Below, piece by piece: positions 1 through 13,760 of a stretch of DNA of 64,000 nucleotides; position 1 is the first letter of the stretch; every line of letters starts with the position of its first letter. The notes under the pieces are model-generated. The model saw only the letters and a program-made list of their open reading frames with translations. It did no database searches and was not told where the DNA came from. The position numbers and the translations under genes were made by a program. This DNA is from Narcine bancroftii (lineage: Eukaryota). Location of the stretch: contig NC_091473.1 in assembly GCF_036971445.1 (NCBI RefSeq), positions 232,810,001 to 232,874,000 on the forward strand, in the 5' to 3' direction.

Positions 1-939
1 GGTGTCCACCCGGCAGCAGCCAATCATAGCATAATAGTGGTTTACCACACATACTGTTATAGCTGAGTATTTTTTTGTAAAGTACCTGTTCAGCTACATC
101 AGGTAGGAATTTTGCTGCCAATACACATTGCACAATAAACTCCATACCAATATCATTATCTTCTGTCAAATATTGCCTCAATATCAAGAGCAGTCACCAC
201 ATTTCACCTCTAGAATTCAATTCTTTGGTTCATTTTGAACCAAGTTTGTGTTGAGGTTTGGTGTCAAATGGTCAAGACTATTGATGAACAGGTTATCGAT
301 ATATTTGTATCCCCCCTTGTTAGTTCTGTGAATGACAGATTTGAATGAGTAGACAAATTGGGTTGTAATTAATTGGACTGAAATTGTCCAATTTTCATGA
401 ACCAGACAAACCTGTGAAAGATTTCATGTCAGAGAAGTGCATTGTTGTACCTGTGATTAGAGATACACTTAGCAGTGATCACTGGATTTCTGTGCAACAG
501 CTGGGAACTTTTCTGTAGTCAGAGCCTTTTGCGTATCTAGTGCTCCCTGTTCCTTGATATCACACGGATTGAATTCAATTGGCTGGAGGATGGCTTTGGA
601 AATGGTGGGAATGACAGGAGGGGTCATCTCTTTGATGCTTCAAACTTATTTCATCCTTATTTCAGTACTCACACTGCTGCTTTCCACCATCATAGATGCT
701 GGGGATATTCTCTGAGTCACCTCGTCCCATTTTCAGTGAGATGTGATGGTGTTCTAGCTGTTAAGTAATTGAACAAGAAAGACAGAGGCACGGTGTAACA
801 ACCCGAGTTCAGAAAACTAGTAGAGTAGTTGTGGATGCTTTGCACAATTTAAATTCTTTCATATTTCTTTTTATGAGCAATGCCCAATTTTCTCAGAGAA
901 TTGGCTGAGTCAATATGTGAGGGTAACATGGATGTGTCC

Positions 940-1620
940 AAATGAACAATGAAAGTGTGGAGGGACTCAACAGGTCGGGCAATATCCATGGAGAGAAATG
1001 GTCAGTCAACGTTTCAGGTCAGGACCCTTTATCAAGACTAAAGTGTGAAGGGGGGATATATAAAGTACATCAAGGAGTCACAAAGGGGTATGGCTGAGGA
1101 AGGGTTACAGGACAGAAAAAGAATAAAAAGAGCAGCACAGTTAACATAGCGGTTAGTGAAAACTAACGCCAGCAACCCGGGTTCGATTCCGGCCCTGTCT
1201 GTAAGGAGTTTGTACATTCTCTCTGTGTCTGCGCGGGTTTCCTCCAGGTGCTCCAGTTTCCTCCCACCGTTCGAAACCGTACTAGGGTTGTAGGTCAATT
1301 GGGTGCAATTGGGTGGCAAGGACTCGTGGGCTGGAAGCAACTGTTACTGCGCTGTATGTCTAAATGTACAAAGATGGGAGACACGACAATAGGAAGAGAC
1401 CACTGGGGAGACAGGGTATTGAAGGTTGGAGAGAAAAGTGGGCTTGGGAGCAGGGGAAGAAGAGGATGAAAACAATGGAACCGGATAGGGCTAGGAGTTA
1501 CTTAATAGCGGAAAATTCAATGTTCATGCTGGGGGTTTTAAGGCTGCCCAGGAGGAATATGATATGTTTTTCCTCAAGTATAAGTTTAGACTCACCCTGG
1601 ATGAGGCCAGGTTGTTGAGA
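940..1620 (-). mobile_element. Penelope-like element 3' fragment interrupted by a SINE
   Basis: EEKHIIF-like GIY-YIG tail on - strand (~1540-1600), purine-rich tract, terminal GAAACGTTGAC motif. Confidence 0.55.
1131..1365 (+). mobile_element. tRNA-derived SINE
   Basis: A-box-like TAGCGGTTAG, B-box GGTTCGATTCC, body TGTAAGGAGTTTGTACATTCTC...; related copies at ~2060-2440(+), 4900-5140(-), 12685-12810(-), 18888-19105(+), 38570-38730(-), 43905-44575(+), 51965-52200(-), 58955-59170(+). Confidence 0.8.
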
Positions 1621-2486
1621 AAGGAGTTCTAAAAAAGCACCTATAAGTCTAAAAATGGAAGGTGTTGTTGTTTTTCTCCAGCTTCAACTGTAGCTTCTTA
1701 TGGATCGGTTATCACGATGGTATGCAGTTGTGATCTACAATTACCAGTGTGCCCTTACAAGCAGACAGAACAATGCAAGGGATTATGGTAAAGCTACTTT
1801 CCATTGCAGCTGTCTGCATGTGTCCTTGAGATCTCAAGACAGTACATAGTTCAAGTGTTGGTTTTATTTTATTGTCTGATGGTAGCGGCAAATCGACCTA
1901 GTTTCAGAAAGCAACAGCAGGTTGTTAAAATAGTTAGGTCCAAGATACATCTGTTATTGGGTTCAAACCTCACTTCTTCATTCCTCCCACCTCACACATA
2001 CTCAAGAACATGAGCAGGAGAAGGGTTTATGTCCGCTGGAGCTTGCTCAACCATTAAAAGGGGCGACATGGTTAGTACAACGCTGTTACAGCGCCAGTGA
2101 CCTGGGTTCAAATCTAGAGCTGTCTGTGATGAGTTTATACCTTCTCCCCGCATCTGCATGGGTTTTCTCCTTCATTCCTTGAAGAAGGGCTCGGGTCCAA
2201 TATGTTGGTAACATATCTTTATCTCCTATGGACATTGCAGGACAGGCTGAGTTCCTCCAGCCTTTCTGTGTGCTTTTACTACAATCGCAGCATCTGTGGA
2301 CTTCTATGTTTCACTCCGGTTTCCTCCCACCCTTCAAAACAAACTGGGGGTTGCATATCAATTGGGAGTAATTGGGTGGCATGGCCTTATTGGTCAGAAT
2401 GGCCTGTTACCGTGCTGTATGTCTTGATAAATAAGTAAAGAAATAAATAGATCCTCTGATTATTGTTTTCACCTCGATTTTCATTC

Positions 2487-4350
2487 TTTTTTTATTTTTT
2501 TTTATTTTTCACACTATGAACCAATTCAATCAAAATACATACAGACATTTCCCTCTTAAATATACACAGTGGCATTTTCTCCCCTTTTTCCCCCACCTTC
2601 CCTCCCCCCCTTCCCACCCCACTCCAAATCCATTAAACGTTCAACATATACAATACAATAAAACCATTAAACAATGTCATCACACAATAAAGATAAACAA
2701 GAAAATTGTGTCATCTACTTTTACACACTGGATCAAGTCATTTTGTCTTCTTATCATTTTATCATTTTAGGGGGTCGAGGTCTGAGGCAAGCCGTCTCTG
2801 TTGTGTTCCATGTATGGTTCCCAAATTTGTTCAAATAATGTGCCTTTATTTTTTAAATTATATGTTATTTTTTCCAATGGAATACATTTATTCATTTCCA
2901 TGTACCATTGCTGTACTCTCAGACTCTCTTTTGGTTTCCAAGTTGACATTATAGATTTTTTGCTAGGGCTATCAGAATAAATCTTTTTTGCGCTTCATCC
3001 AGTTTGAGGCCTAATTCTTTACTTCATATATTACTTAGAAGAAAAATCTCTGGATTTTTTGGTATGTTGCTTTTTGTGATTTTATTTAATACCTGATTTA
3101 GATCTTCCCAAAACTTTCTCACTTTCTCACATGTCCAAATTGCATGTCCTGTTGTTCCCATTTCCTTCTTACAGCAAAAACATCTATCTGATAATGTTGG
3201 ATCCCATTTTTTTTATATGTCCTCTTGTTCCCGTTTCCTTCTTACAGCAAAAACATCTATCTGATAATGTTGGATCCCATTTTTTTTTATATGTCCTGTT
3301 GTTCCCGTTTCCTTCTTACAGCAAAAACATCTATCTGATAATGATGGATCCCATTTTTTTTTATATGTCCTGTTGTTCCCGTTTCCTTCTTACAGCAAAA
3401 ACATCTATCTGATAATGTTGGATCCCATTTTTTTTAATATGTCCTGTTGTTCCCGTTTCCTTCTTACAGCAAAAACATCTATCTGATAATGTTGGATCCC
3501 ATTTTTTTTTATATGTCCTGTTGTTCCCGTTTCCTTCTTACAGCAAAAACATCTATCTGATAATGTTGGATCCCATTTTTTTTATATGTCCTGTTGTTCC
3601 CGTTTCCTTCTTACAGCAAAAACATCTATCTGATAATGTTGGATCCCATTTTTTTTATATGTCCTGTTGTTCCCGTTTCCTTCTTACAGCAAAAACATCT
3701 ATCTGATAATGTTGGATCCCATTTTTTTTTATATGTCCTGTTGTTCCCATTTCCTTCTTACAGCAAAAACATCTATCTGATAATGTTGGATCCCATTTTT
3801 TTTTATATGTCCTGTTGTTCCCGTTTCCTTCTTACAGCAAAAACATCTATCTGATAATGTTGGATCCCATTTTTTTTATATGTCCTGTTGTTCCCGTTTC
3901 CTTCTTACAGCAAAAACATCTATCTGATAATGTTGGATCCCATTTTTTTTTAATATGTCCTGTTGTTCCCGTTTCCTTCTTACAGCAAAAACATCTATCT
4001 GATAATGTTGGATCCCATTTTTTTTTATATGTCCTGTTGTTCCCATTTCCTTCTTACAGCAAAAACATCTATCTGATAATGTTGGATCCCATTTTTTTTT
4101 ATACGTCCTGTTGTTCCCGTTTCCTTCTTACAGCAAAAACATCTATCTGATAATGTTGGATCCCATTTTTTAAAAACTTTTGGGGCATGATATATAACCT
4201 GTGTAACCAATTATACTGTATCATGTGTAACCTTGTGTTTATTATATTCTTCATAATTCCTGAGCATAACTTTTCCCATATTTCATTTTTTATCTTTATA
4301 TTTAAATCTTTTTCCCACTTTTGTTTGGGTTTATAGCTTATTCCATTCTG
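2487..4350 (-). mobile_element. L1-clade LINE 3' fragment (ORF2 C-terminus, 3'UTR, poly-A) containing an internal tandem array
   Basis: Minus-strand peptide [20 protein letters not shown]...QIWEPY, poly-T at 2487; similar to 6846-8040 and 35769-36433. Confidence 0.88.
3145..4170. repeat. Tandem array, 14 copies of a 73-75 bp unit derived from the L1 ORF2 cysteine-rich region
   Basis: Unit TGTCCTGTTGTTCCCGTTTCCTTCTTACAGCAAAAACATCTATCTGATAATGTTGGATCCCA(T)n ATA, counted 14 times. Confidence 0.95.
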
Positions 4351-4424
4351 ACCCTCATAACGTTTAATTCTCTATAAATCTAGACATTTGTCCAGTTTTG
4401 CCTTGAATATTTTCCTCAACACCG

Positions 4425-4890
4425 ATTTACCAGGATGTTGCCTGGATTGGAGAACATGTTTTATGAAGCAAGATTAACAGGGCTAGGGCTCTCCTCTTTG
4501 GAGCGAAGAAGGATGAGAGGTGACTTGATAGAGATCTACAAGGTTCTGAGAGGTATAGAGTGGAACAGCCAACACCTTTCTCCCAGGGTGAGACGAGTAA
4601 ATACCAGAGGACATATGTACAAGGTGAAGGGAGGAAAGTTTAGGGAAAAGATCAGGGGTAGTTAGTTTACACAGAGAGTGACAGGATGCATTGCCAGAGG
4701 TGGTGCTGCAATTGGTACAATTGGTACAAATGGGACATTTAAATAATTCTTAGACAGGCATGTGGATGCATGAAAAATAGATTATGAGAGTGAGGTTGAG
4801 AAGTTTCAGTTTGTCAAGTAGGTTTATATAGGTCGGCGCAATGTCGTAGGCTGAAGGGCCTGTACTGTGTGTAATTTTCTACATTCCATA
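4425..4890 (+). mobile_element. CR1 LINE 3' fragment
   Basis: YEARLTGLGLSSLERRRMRGDLIEIYKVLRG...TRGH motif. Confidence 0.88.
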
Positions 4891-6845
4891 TTTAAATTTC
4901 TCAGGGAAAATACATGTAGACATTTAGACATAAATACAGTGTAGTAACAGGCCCTTTCTGCTCATGAGCCCATGCTACCCAACTACGCTCAATCAAACTA
5001 CAACCCTTTGGAATCGTGGGAGAAAACTGGTGCACCCAGAGGTGACCCACGCAGACGGGGGGAGAACATACAAACTCCTTACAGAGAGCACCAGATTTGA
5101 GCCCCAGCACTAGCTGCTATGCTGCCCACCGCTATGCTAAACCTACCTCCCAGTCTTCTCTTGCCTCAGTCTTAAATGGGTGAACCTACTTCCTGAAATT
5201 AATCCACCCCCCAGATTTCCTCACATCATTTGCCAGGCACACCCAAAACTTTAAGTGACCATTTTTATTTGTGGATGATGCCGGAGTCCCTTTTAATTCT
5301 TATTGTATACTCAAGATTCTGCAGTTGTTTCAGTGAGATCATCGCTTTACTTTACACTCCAGGCCACATCTATTCAACCTTGAATCCTAATAGATCTTCT
5401 TTAACCAATGTTAATCCAGGTTCACATTCAAATGAATATAACTTCAAACCTAACCTTCTGGATTGCAGTCCAGTCCAACATCTACAATGGCTGTTTGAGT
5501 TTGTGCCAATCTTGCTGTGAGGTCTCAGATGTAGGTTAGGCCATTTATGTCCAACACTGCAAGCTATTTTTTTTTTCTTATTGGTATCAGAAGTTGCTAA
5601 GTAATCAATGAGTGGTGTGCACTAGAATTTCTGGGTTCTATTTCATCGATAATTCTATTTTCCTGATTCATCAAGGGTTAGTGTTCTTATCATGGTGGGG
5701 GGGTGGGGGGGGGGGGGAAGTATTCACGATTATTCTGCTTGACAAATATATGGAATAATTTCACGTTCTCATTTTACTGACAAACATCTAAGACACTGAA
5801 AATAAACCATTGCTATGAGTCAGCCAGAAGAGATGTATGAAGCCTCACACAGAGCTAGTTATGTTTTAGTGAAAGACTATCTGCCATCTGATGATTTGAC
5901 CTTAAGTCTGCCTGCACAATGAATCTTAAAGGATCATCTGTCATATATTGAAGCCAAATTGCACAACACTGGATTTCATTTCTTAGATGTTAAAGTAACA
6001 GCAGGGCTTTTTACTATTAAATGTCTACTTTTATACTTCAGATAAATGTGTCACTTGCAAAACCAACATTTAATAAGCATCCCTCATTGCCCTTGAGAAG
6101 AAGGGTGGTAAAGGTCCTTCAGTGCAGTGGGCCAGCATGTTCCAGGATTAAGATCCAGCATCAATAAAGGAAAAATTGGGCCATCTCTGTTTGGGGCAGT
6201 TTGAGATATGAGGAGATCTTGAATATGGTGGTGGCAAGATGTGAATACCATTTGTTGGTCTGGACTCCTCCCCCAGCCAGTCTTTAGTCTTCCTGTTCTT
6301 TGCTTATTCCTCGAGGAAGGGCTCAGGCCCAAAACGGCACCTCTTATGGACACTACGAGACTAGCTGAGTTCCTCTAGCATTTCTGTGTGGTTTTACTTC
6401 AATCACAGTGTCTGCAGATTTTTGTGTTTCACTATGAATATGTGGTGTTCAGATCCTTCAGTGGTTGAAAGAGACTGAGGGTTTGAGAGAACTGTTGAAA
6501 AAGCTGATGAATTGAATGCTGATTATACACTCTACACAATGATTTTCTGGAATGAAGAGAGCAAAGGTTTAAATTATAGGATGAATACTGGGGAACTTCC
6601 TGTGCATTCCTGGGAATACTCACCCAATCAATCAGAAAGTATTCCATTGCATTCCTTTGGGGAGTCATGCGGTGAATCATTTTCACCAATTGATCCAACA
6701 CCTGACCAACTCTTACCTCATAATTTATGTGGTCGAAAGCATTCTAGCTTTGAATTGATCCATCACAACATGGTATGGAAGTGCGTCTGCCCAAGATCGG
6801 AAGAAGCTACAGAAGGTGGTTAATACAACTTAGAGGTTTAAAAAA

Positions 6846-8040
6846 TTTTTTTTTATTTTTCACACTATGAACCATACTGACCAAAATATACACAAATATT
6901 TCCCTCTTGAATATACACAGTCATTTCCTCCCTTTTTCCCTTCTCCCTTTCCTCCCTCCTTCACCCCCCCTCCCCACTCACTCAACGTTCAACATATATG
7001 ATACATTAAACCCATTAAACAATGTCATCACACAACGAAAATAAACAAGAAATTTGTGTCTTCTACTTTTACATACTGGGTCAGTTCATTTTGTCGTCTT
7101 CTCCTTCTGTCATTTTAGGTGGTGGAGGTCCACGGTAGGACTTCTCTGTTGTGTTCCACGTACGGTTCCCAAATTTGTTTGAATACTGTGATGTTATTTC
7201 TTAAATTATATGTTATTTTTTCCAATGGAATACATTTATTCATTTCTATGTACCATTGCTGTATTCTCAGGCTCTCTTCTAATTTCCAGGTTGACATAAT
7301 ACATTTTTTTTTGCTACAGCTGAGGCTATCATAATAAATCTTTTTTGTGCTCCATCCAGATCGAGTTCAAGTTCTTTACTTCATATATTACTTAGAAGAA
7401 AGATCTCTGGATTTTTTGGTATGTTGCTTTTTGTGATTTTATTTCATACCTGATTTAGATCTTCTCAAAACTTTTCCACTTTCTCACATGCCCAAATTGC
7501 ATGTACTGTTGTTCCCGTTTCCTTCTTACAGTGAAAACATCTGTCTGATACTGTTGGGTCCCATTTATTTAACTTTTGGGGCGTGATATATAGCCTGTGT
7601 AACCAATTATATTGTATCATGCGTAACGTCATGTTTATTGTATTTCTCATAGTTCCGGAGCATAGCTTTTCCCATATTTCATTCTTTATCTTTATGTTTA
7701 GATCTTGTTCCCATTTTTGTTTGGGTTTACAGCTTGTTTCCTCATTCTCTTTCTCTTGCAGTTTGATGTTCATGTTTGTTATAAATCTTTTAATTATCTT
7801 TGTGTCTGTAATCACATATTCAAAATTTCTTCCTTCTGGTAACCTCAGCCTGCTTCCTAATTTGTCCTTCAAGTAGGTTTTCAGTTGGTGGTATGCAAAC
7901 ATTGTACAGTGAGTTATACCATATTTGCACTTCATTTGTTCAAAAGATAATAATTTATTTCCCGAAAAACAATTTTCAATTCTTTTGATCCCTTTTCTCT
8001 CCCATTCTCTAAAGGAAAGGTTATCTATTGTGAAGGGGAT
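6846..8040 (-). mobile_element. L1-clade LINE 3' fragment
   Basis: ORF 7465..8061 with IQYNWLHRLYITPQKL and RCFHCKKETGTTVHAIWAC (CCHC); poly-T at left end. Confidence 0.9.
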
Positions 8041-9432
8041 ACAACTTAGAGGTTCATGCAAACCCCTCTTGCTTCAATTTACTTTATCCATTCCTCTCAT
8101 TGCCTTGATAAGGACCCATCACATCCCTGATATGCCCATCTCCCCCCTCCTCCCATTGCCGAGAAGATACAAATGTGTGAAACTGTGCTCCAACAGACTT
8201 AAACACAATTTCCCCACAGTCGTCAGTCTACTGAGTTAACCTCACTACAGCGCTCTGATGCTACAAATGAATTGATTTTTTTTTTCAGATTTACCCTATA
8301 CTCTGTCCCTTTTACTTTATAACACTGTATGAATGTTAGGAATGGTTTGATAGACTTTCTTGGAAGCTACATCAGGAGCACCGGATGCAGTAGATGAGGT
8401 TAGAGAGGGTGCACGCCAATCTCGAACTCATCTGCAAGGCCTGTTTGGGATTCTGGATGCTGGTGAGGGAGAAAGGTGCAAAGCAAATGTTGAGCTTCCT
8501 GCAGTTACACACCACACACCCTGTGTGACTCATCCACCTGACGCTCAAGGAAGGGCTCCAGTCCGAAACCTTTCCCTCCTATGGATGCTGTGAGACTGGC
8601 TGTATTCTTCCAGCATTTACTACAATTTCAGCATCTGCAGACTTTTGTGTGTCACTACAGATGACACACCTCTAGATTCAAGAACAGTTTCTTTCCAACA
8701 GACATCAGGCTCTTGAACCTCTCCTTGTGACTCTAATGGTGGAGTATTCCATCACCACAAAAGGAATGTCTGCATGGTTGCAAAGTCCGTTTTTCTTTAC
8801 TTGCACTGGCAAGACTCCAAATTTTTGTTATCTACCTACCTCATATTTATCTTGTCTCTTCTTAATTCATTACTGTACTATTGAAAATTTACATTGAATC
8901 AAGAAGAGACAAGAAATACTAATTATGGATTTCGCGTGTGGCTGCAGCAAGTAAGAATTTCAGAGCATAAGTACATTCTACAATGTATATGACAATATTG
9001 TTAATTGTTTTTATCTTCGTTGAAACAAGGTTGACGCTTGCTTTAATAGCAAAATCCAGAATATCCTAAACACACCCTGCTGCTGATGCCCCACAGTACC
9101 TTACTGAGCCATTAGTCCATTTTGGCAAGGAGTTACCACCACAAGACATGAAGTCCAAATACATTGAGAGTAAAACTAGATACATCATCCAGCTTGACAA
9201 AAGCAGCCCACTTTGACAAAAAAAAACAGCACAGGGAACATGTATAAAGGCAGAACTTTGCCTCTTGCATCTGAAACTTGGAGGAACTTATATCAAGAAA
9301 TTCTGGCAGTTAAGGATAGAGCTGCCTATGTTTCTCTGGAAAATGTGAGGCATCTCTGTTCATGACATTATATTTTTGAGAATAAATTTGAAATACAGCT
9401 TATCTGTATAATAGATAACTCTACGTGCTGAT

Positions 9433-10028
9433 ATACCGGCACCACCTACGGCTCCTAGAACGCTTCCACCAGCGTTGTCTCCGCTCCATCCTCAACATCC
9501 ATTGGAGCGCTTACACCCCTAACGTCGAAGTACTCGAGATGGCAGAGGTCGACAGCATCGAGTCCACGCTGCTGAAGATCCAGCTGCGCTGGATGGGTCA
9601 CGTCTCCAGAATGGAGGACCATCGCCTTCCCAAGATCGTATTATATGGCGAGCTCACCACTGGCCACCATGACAGAGGTGCACCAAAGAAAAGGTACAAG
9701 GACTGCCTAAAGAAATCTCTTGGGGCCTGCCACATTGACCACCGCCAGTGGGCTGATAACGCCTCAAACCGTGCATCTTGGCGCCTCACAGTTTGGCGGG
9801 CAGCAACCTCCTTTGAAGAAGACCGCAGAGCCCACCTCACTGACAAAAGGCAAAGGAGGAAAAACCCAACACCCAACCCCAACCAACCAATTTTCCCTTG
9901 CAACCGCTGCAATCGTGTCTGCCTGTCCCGCATCGGATTTGTCAGCCACAAACGAGCCTGCAGCTGACGTGGACTTTTTACCCCCTCCATAAATCTTCGT
10001 CCGCGAAGCCAAGCCAAAGAGAAAGAGA
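9433..10028 (+). mobile_element. RTE-clade LINE 3' fragment (young)
   Basis: Intact frame LERFHQRCLRSILNIHW...QLRWMGHVSRMEDHRLPKIVLYGEL, C-terminal C2H2-like CNRC...H, GAA-rich tail. Confidence 0.92.
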
Positions 10029-11115
10029 ATACTTCAGCAGTTGGTCTCAATTATTTCTAACCTCTGTGTCACATTTAATCCAAAGCTGAGCTTCCAACCA
10101 CATGACTGCATCATCCTCCATATTCCAGTATCATTTGATTATTTCTCGATTGTAGCTCATCCACTGATGAAACCTTTATGTTACTGTGACATCAAGATTT
10201 GACTATTCACTATATTCCTATTACCCATTGCCAGGAGACTCAACATCATCCAAATCACCAGACTTAAACAGATAAGTTGGCCTTCATTTCACTATTGCAC
10301 TTGACAAAGAAACACTCAGCAGGTCAGGTAGCATCTGTTGATACAGAAACAAAGGTAATGATTCAGGTCAATTATGTTTAATCAGATCTAGTTAGTTGGT
10401 TAAATAACATATTTGAAGATACAAAGGTGGGAATGAAAGAGGAAAATGTATGATCAGTGAATTAGAAGGAGGGATTAAATGATAAGAGTATTTTATATAA
10501 ATTTAGATGAATGTAAATGTTCTGCTTTATTTCATTCTTTTTAACAGAGAATGCACATCAAAAGTGGTTCTTGGTTATGTTTTTCAAACTCTCCAGCGGT
10601 CTTGAAAGTTCTGCATTAAATGCAAGTTCTTTAATTAAAGTCTCAGTTGTAGACATGAGTTATTATAGCAAATAGGATGGTGATTGGCATTAGTCACAAA
10701 TAAGGCAGCGACAGCTGTGTTTTAGAAGCAAATACTTCCCTCATCATGTAAGTGATGAGTGTAGAATATGGCTAATGGTCTGAGTTTCACTTTGTGCCAA
10801 ATCAAATACCAATTGCAGCTGGTTTGGCTTTTCTAGATTTGTTGCGTACATACTTTTCAGTGGAATCATTATTGGAGAAAGTAAGCTCTGAATGTAGCCA
10901 GACTCAAACCCCATACTTCAGGGGACAGAAGGGAAATGCTTTCATACCAATTAACCACATAAATAGCGTGTAAAAGGCTTGGACTAAATACAAATAGATT
11001 TTCCGAGCAATTCTCTTATTTTTTAGTTTCCTGTCATGGTTTATTTTGGAGACTAGCTGCTTTGACAGTGATGTACCTCTGATCTTTTGCTCAAACCGAA
11101 TATGTTTCTGAATAA

Positions 11116-11530
11116 AAACACAATACTAGAGAAATTCAGCATGTCAAACACTACTTTAGATAGCAAAACTAAAGATACACAACCAACGTTTCGGTCTGGA
11201 GCTGTTCATCAAAGGTATGAACAAAATATAGGAAGGTGCACAAAGAAAATGATGGGAGGAGAGGCAGGGGGAAGGACCACAATCCACAGACAGGCAGTAA
11301 TAGGTGTATAATGGAGGACGGGCACACCAGAAACCAAAGGGAGGGGGGAATGGCTCAGTGAATGGGGGTGGAGAGGGAAGGGGGTGGAGAGCTGGAGGGA
11401 ATATGACAGAGAGATAAGGAAGTTAGGCTAGCAGAAACCGAAAAAGTCAATGTTAATGCCATCCTGTTGGAGAGTGCCCAGGTGGAATATTATGTATTGC
11501 TCCTCCAATTTACAGGTGGTCTTGGTCCTC
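11116..11530 (-). mobile_element. Penelope-like element 3' fragment
   Basis: TTCKLEEQYIIFHLGTLQQDGINIDF on - strand plus terminal region. Confidence 0.7.
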
Positions 11531-12157
11531 TGCCACCATCCAGTTGTTTTACTCATGTTTCTGAATGTCTGTCAGTGAATATTTGTGGAATTGAAAGAGT
11601 CCACATCTATTGAAGCAAGTTTAACTTGCACTCAAGACATCACACGGCTGAGTGAGATTATGTTAAGGATCCTTTGTTCATGAGTTGGGTACTGTTCACT
11701 CACTCGTTATAAATAAAGGATTGAACCCAGAGAATTTCTTATCTGGGTTAACTGAATTGTTGATATACTTACCAAATGAAATTCTAAAACCAGAGGAGAG
11801 GGAAAAGACAAAATAAGAGGGAGAAAATAATTTTGCGACTGGACAAATTTAGGGAATATTTCAGAAAAAAAAGCGAGACTTGACATTGAGGTGTAACCAA
11901 TTAAAGTGGGAGACCGAACTCTCCTTCTTGCTTATAATACCTAATATGAGACTTAAGAGCAAAGCAATATTACCATAAAACTCATGATAAGCACGTCTAT
12001 AAATATAAAATGTTTATTCTCCTGTTCTCAAAATTAGATTATTGGTGATTCTTTTGGGAACAATCAGTTGCATGTTTCACTTTTCTTTGAAGAGATGTTA
12101 GAATGTAAAGTAGCTATGAAAAATCAAAATACCACATTGGTTTATTTGAGCATATAT

Positions 12158-12445
12158 ACCACCGCCAGTGGGCTGATATCGCCTCAAACCGTGCATCTTG
12201 GCGCCTCACAGTTCGGCGGGCAGCAACCTCCTTTGAAGAAGACCGCAGAGCCTACCTCACTGACAAAAGGCAAAGGAGGAAAAACCCAACACCCAACCCC
12301 AACCCACCAATTTTCCCCTGCAACCGCTGCAATCGTGTCTGCCTGTCCCGCATCGGACTTGTCAGCCACAAACGAGCCTGCAGCTGACGTGGACTTTTTA
12401 CCCTCTCCATAAATCTTCGTCCGCGAAGCCAAGCCAAAGAAAATA
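12158..12445 (+). mobile_element. RTE LINE 3' end
   Basis: Near-identical to 9740-10020. Confidence 0.9.
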
Positions 12446-13760
12446 CATGAGGAAAAGGGAAACCTCAGATGACCAGGCAGTGGCACATTTATGGTTGAGT
12501 CATTTCACTGACCCAGTCATCTGGCTAAGAACTGTCATTGAGGGTGCCTGGTCCATTTTTCCAATTGATCACTAATCAATACGCCAGTGTGAACTTGTGT
12601 CCACAAGTGGCTCGATGCCATAAGTACACCTAAAAATTGCACAAATTTTGTGAAGTTTCTGGACAAAAATATTTATTAATTAAATTTAGACATTCACCAT
12701 GGTAATAGGCCCTATCGCCCCGCAATCCTGTACTACCCAAATACCCCAATTAACCTACAACCCCCATCTGCTCTTTTTGAAGTGTGGGAGGAAACCCATG
12801 CAGACAGGGGAATTCTGCTAATGGTAAAGGACTTAAGAATTGGTAAAGGACTTAAGAATTGTCTGTTTCAAGGACAGCTTTACTGGAATTATCAGCAAAC
12901 ATCCTCATAAATTTGTCGATGTTTTATAGATCATTAGTATTTTTTGCTAATTAAAACAATGGATAAATTTATATGCAGATATAAATGTACAATTGGCTCC
13001 TGTCTGAAGAAAATAACTTTAAACCTGAAACAAACCCAGAAAAATGCCAGAAATACTCATCATGTTCAGTGATATTTGTGGAGAGAGCAGCAGAAATGTT
13101 ATGTTTCAGGGCATATCTGTGATCATGGCTGAACCAATGTATTTTTGCCTTTCCTGCTTAATCTTCAATATCTTCCAATTCCAATGGTGTCCACGATCAT
13201 CAAATCACATCCTTGAATCCACTAAATAACTCATTATCCATGCTTTGATATCTCATCCAAGTAAATATTAATATATGTGGCCACCTGTCCCCTCTACAAT
13301 GCCAATCCGAAAATTATCTTTTTAATAAAAACACATAATCTCTGCAAGGCACACAGCGTAATTTGTTAATTCATCAAGGTGTGATCAATATGTTGGGAGG
13401 TGCCTGAATAAAATGGCGGGGGGTGGGGAAGGGGGGAGGAGCACAGGTTATATAGGTGGATATAGGAGGGAGGGCACAAGAAGGAGGATGTTGTGAGAAC
13501 CGGTTGGAGGGAAAGGAAGTGGGTGGATTGGAAAGCCAGGGTGGGGGTGGGGGTGGTGGTTGAAGGCTGGAGATGTCAGATGGGGGAGTTGCCAAGCAGG
13601 AGAGGTCAGTGGCAGGTGGTGGCAGGCAGGGGAGGTCAGAGCAGAGTTGGGGGAATGTTCCGAGGGCCATAGAGGTGGGAAATAAGGGGAGCTCAAAGGA
13701 GTAGATGGGGGTGAGCAGGGGAAAGTGTGCAGACACTGTGAATGTAGTAAAAATGCAATA

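Noticed and set aside
1131-1200. tRNA gene
   Set aside because: A/B boxes belong to a SINE head; no complete cloverleaf, and it continues into the SINE body.
3145-4170. CRISPR-like regular repeats
   Set aside because: No unique spacers, the unit is L1 sequence, the context is eukaryotic and there are no cas genes.
9598-10050. Recurrent ORFs such as MASRTKIYGG... and ...SGLISPQTVHLGASQFGG...
   Set aside because: Alternative or antisense frames of the RTE 3' end repeated at eight loci.
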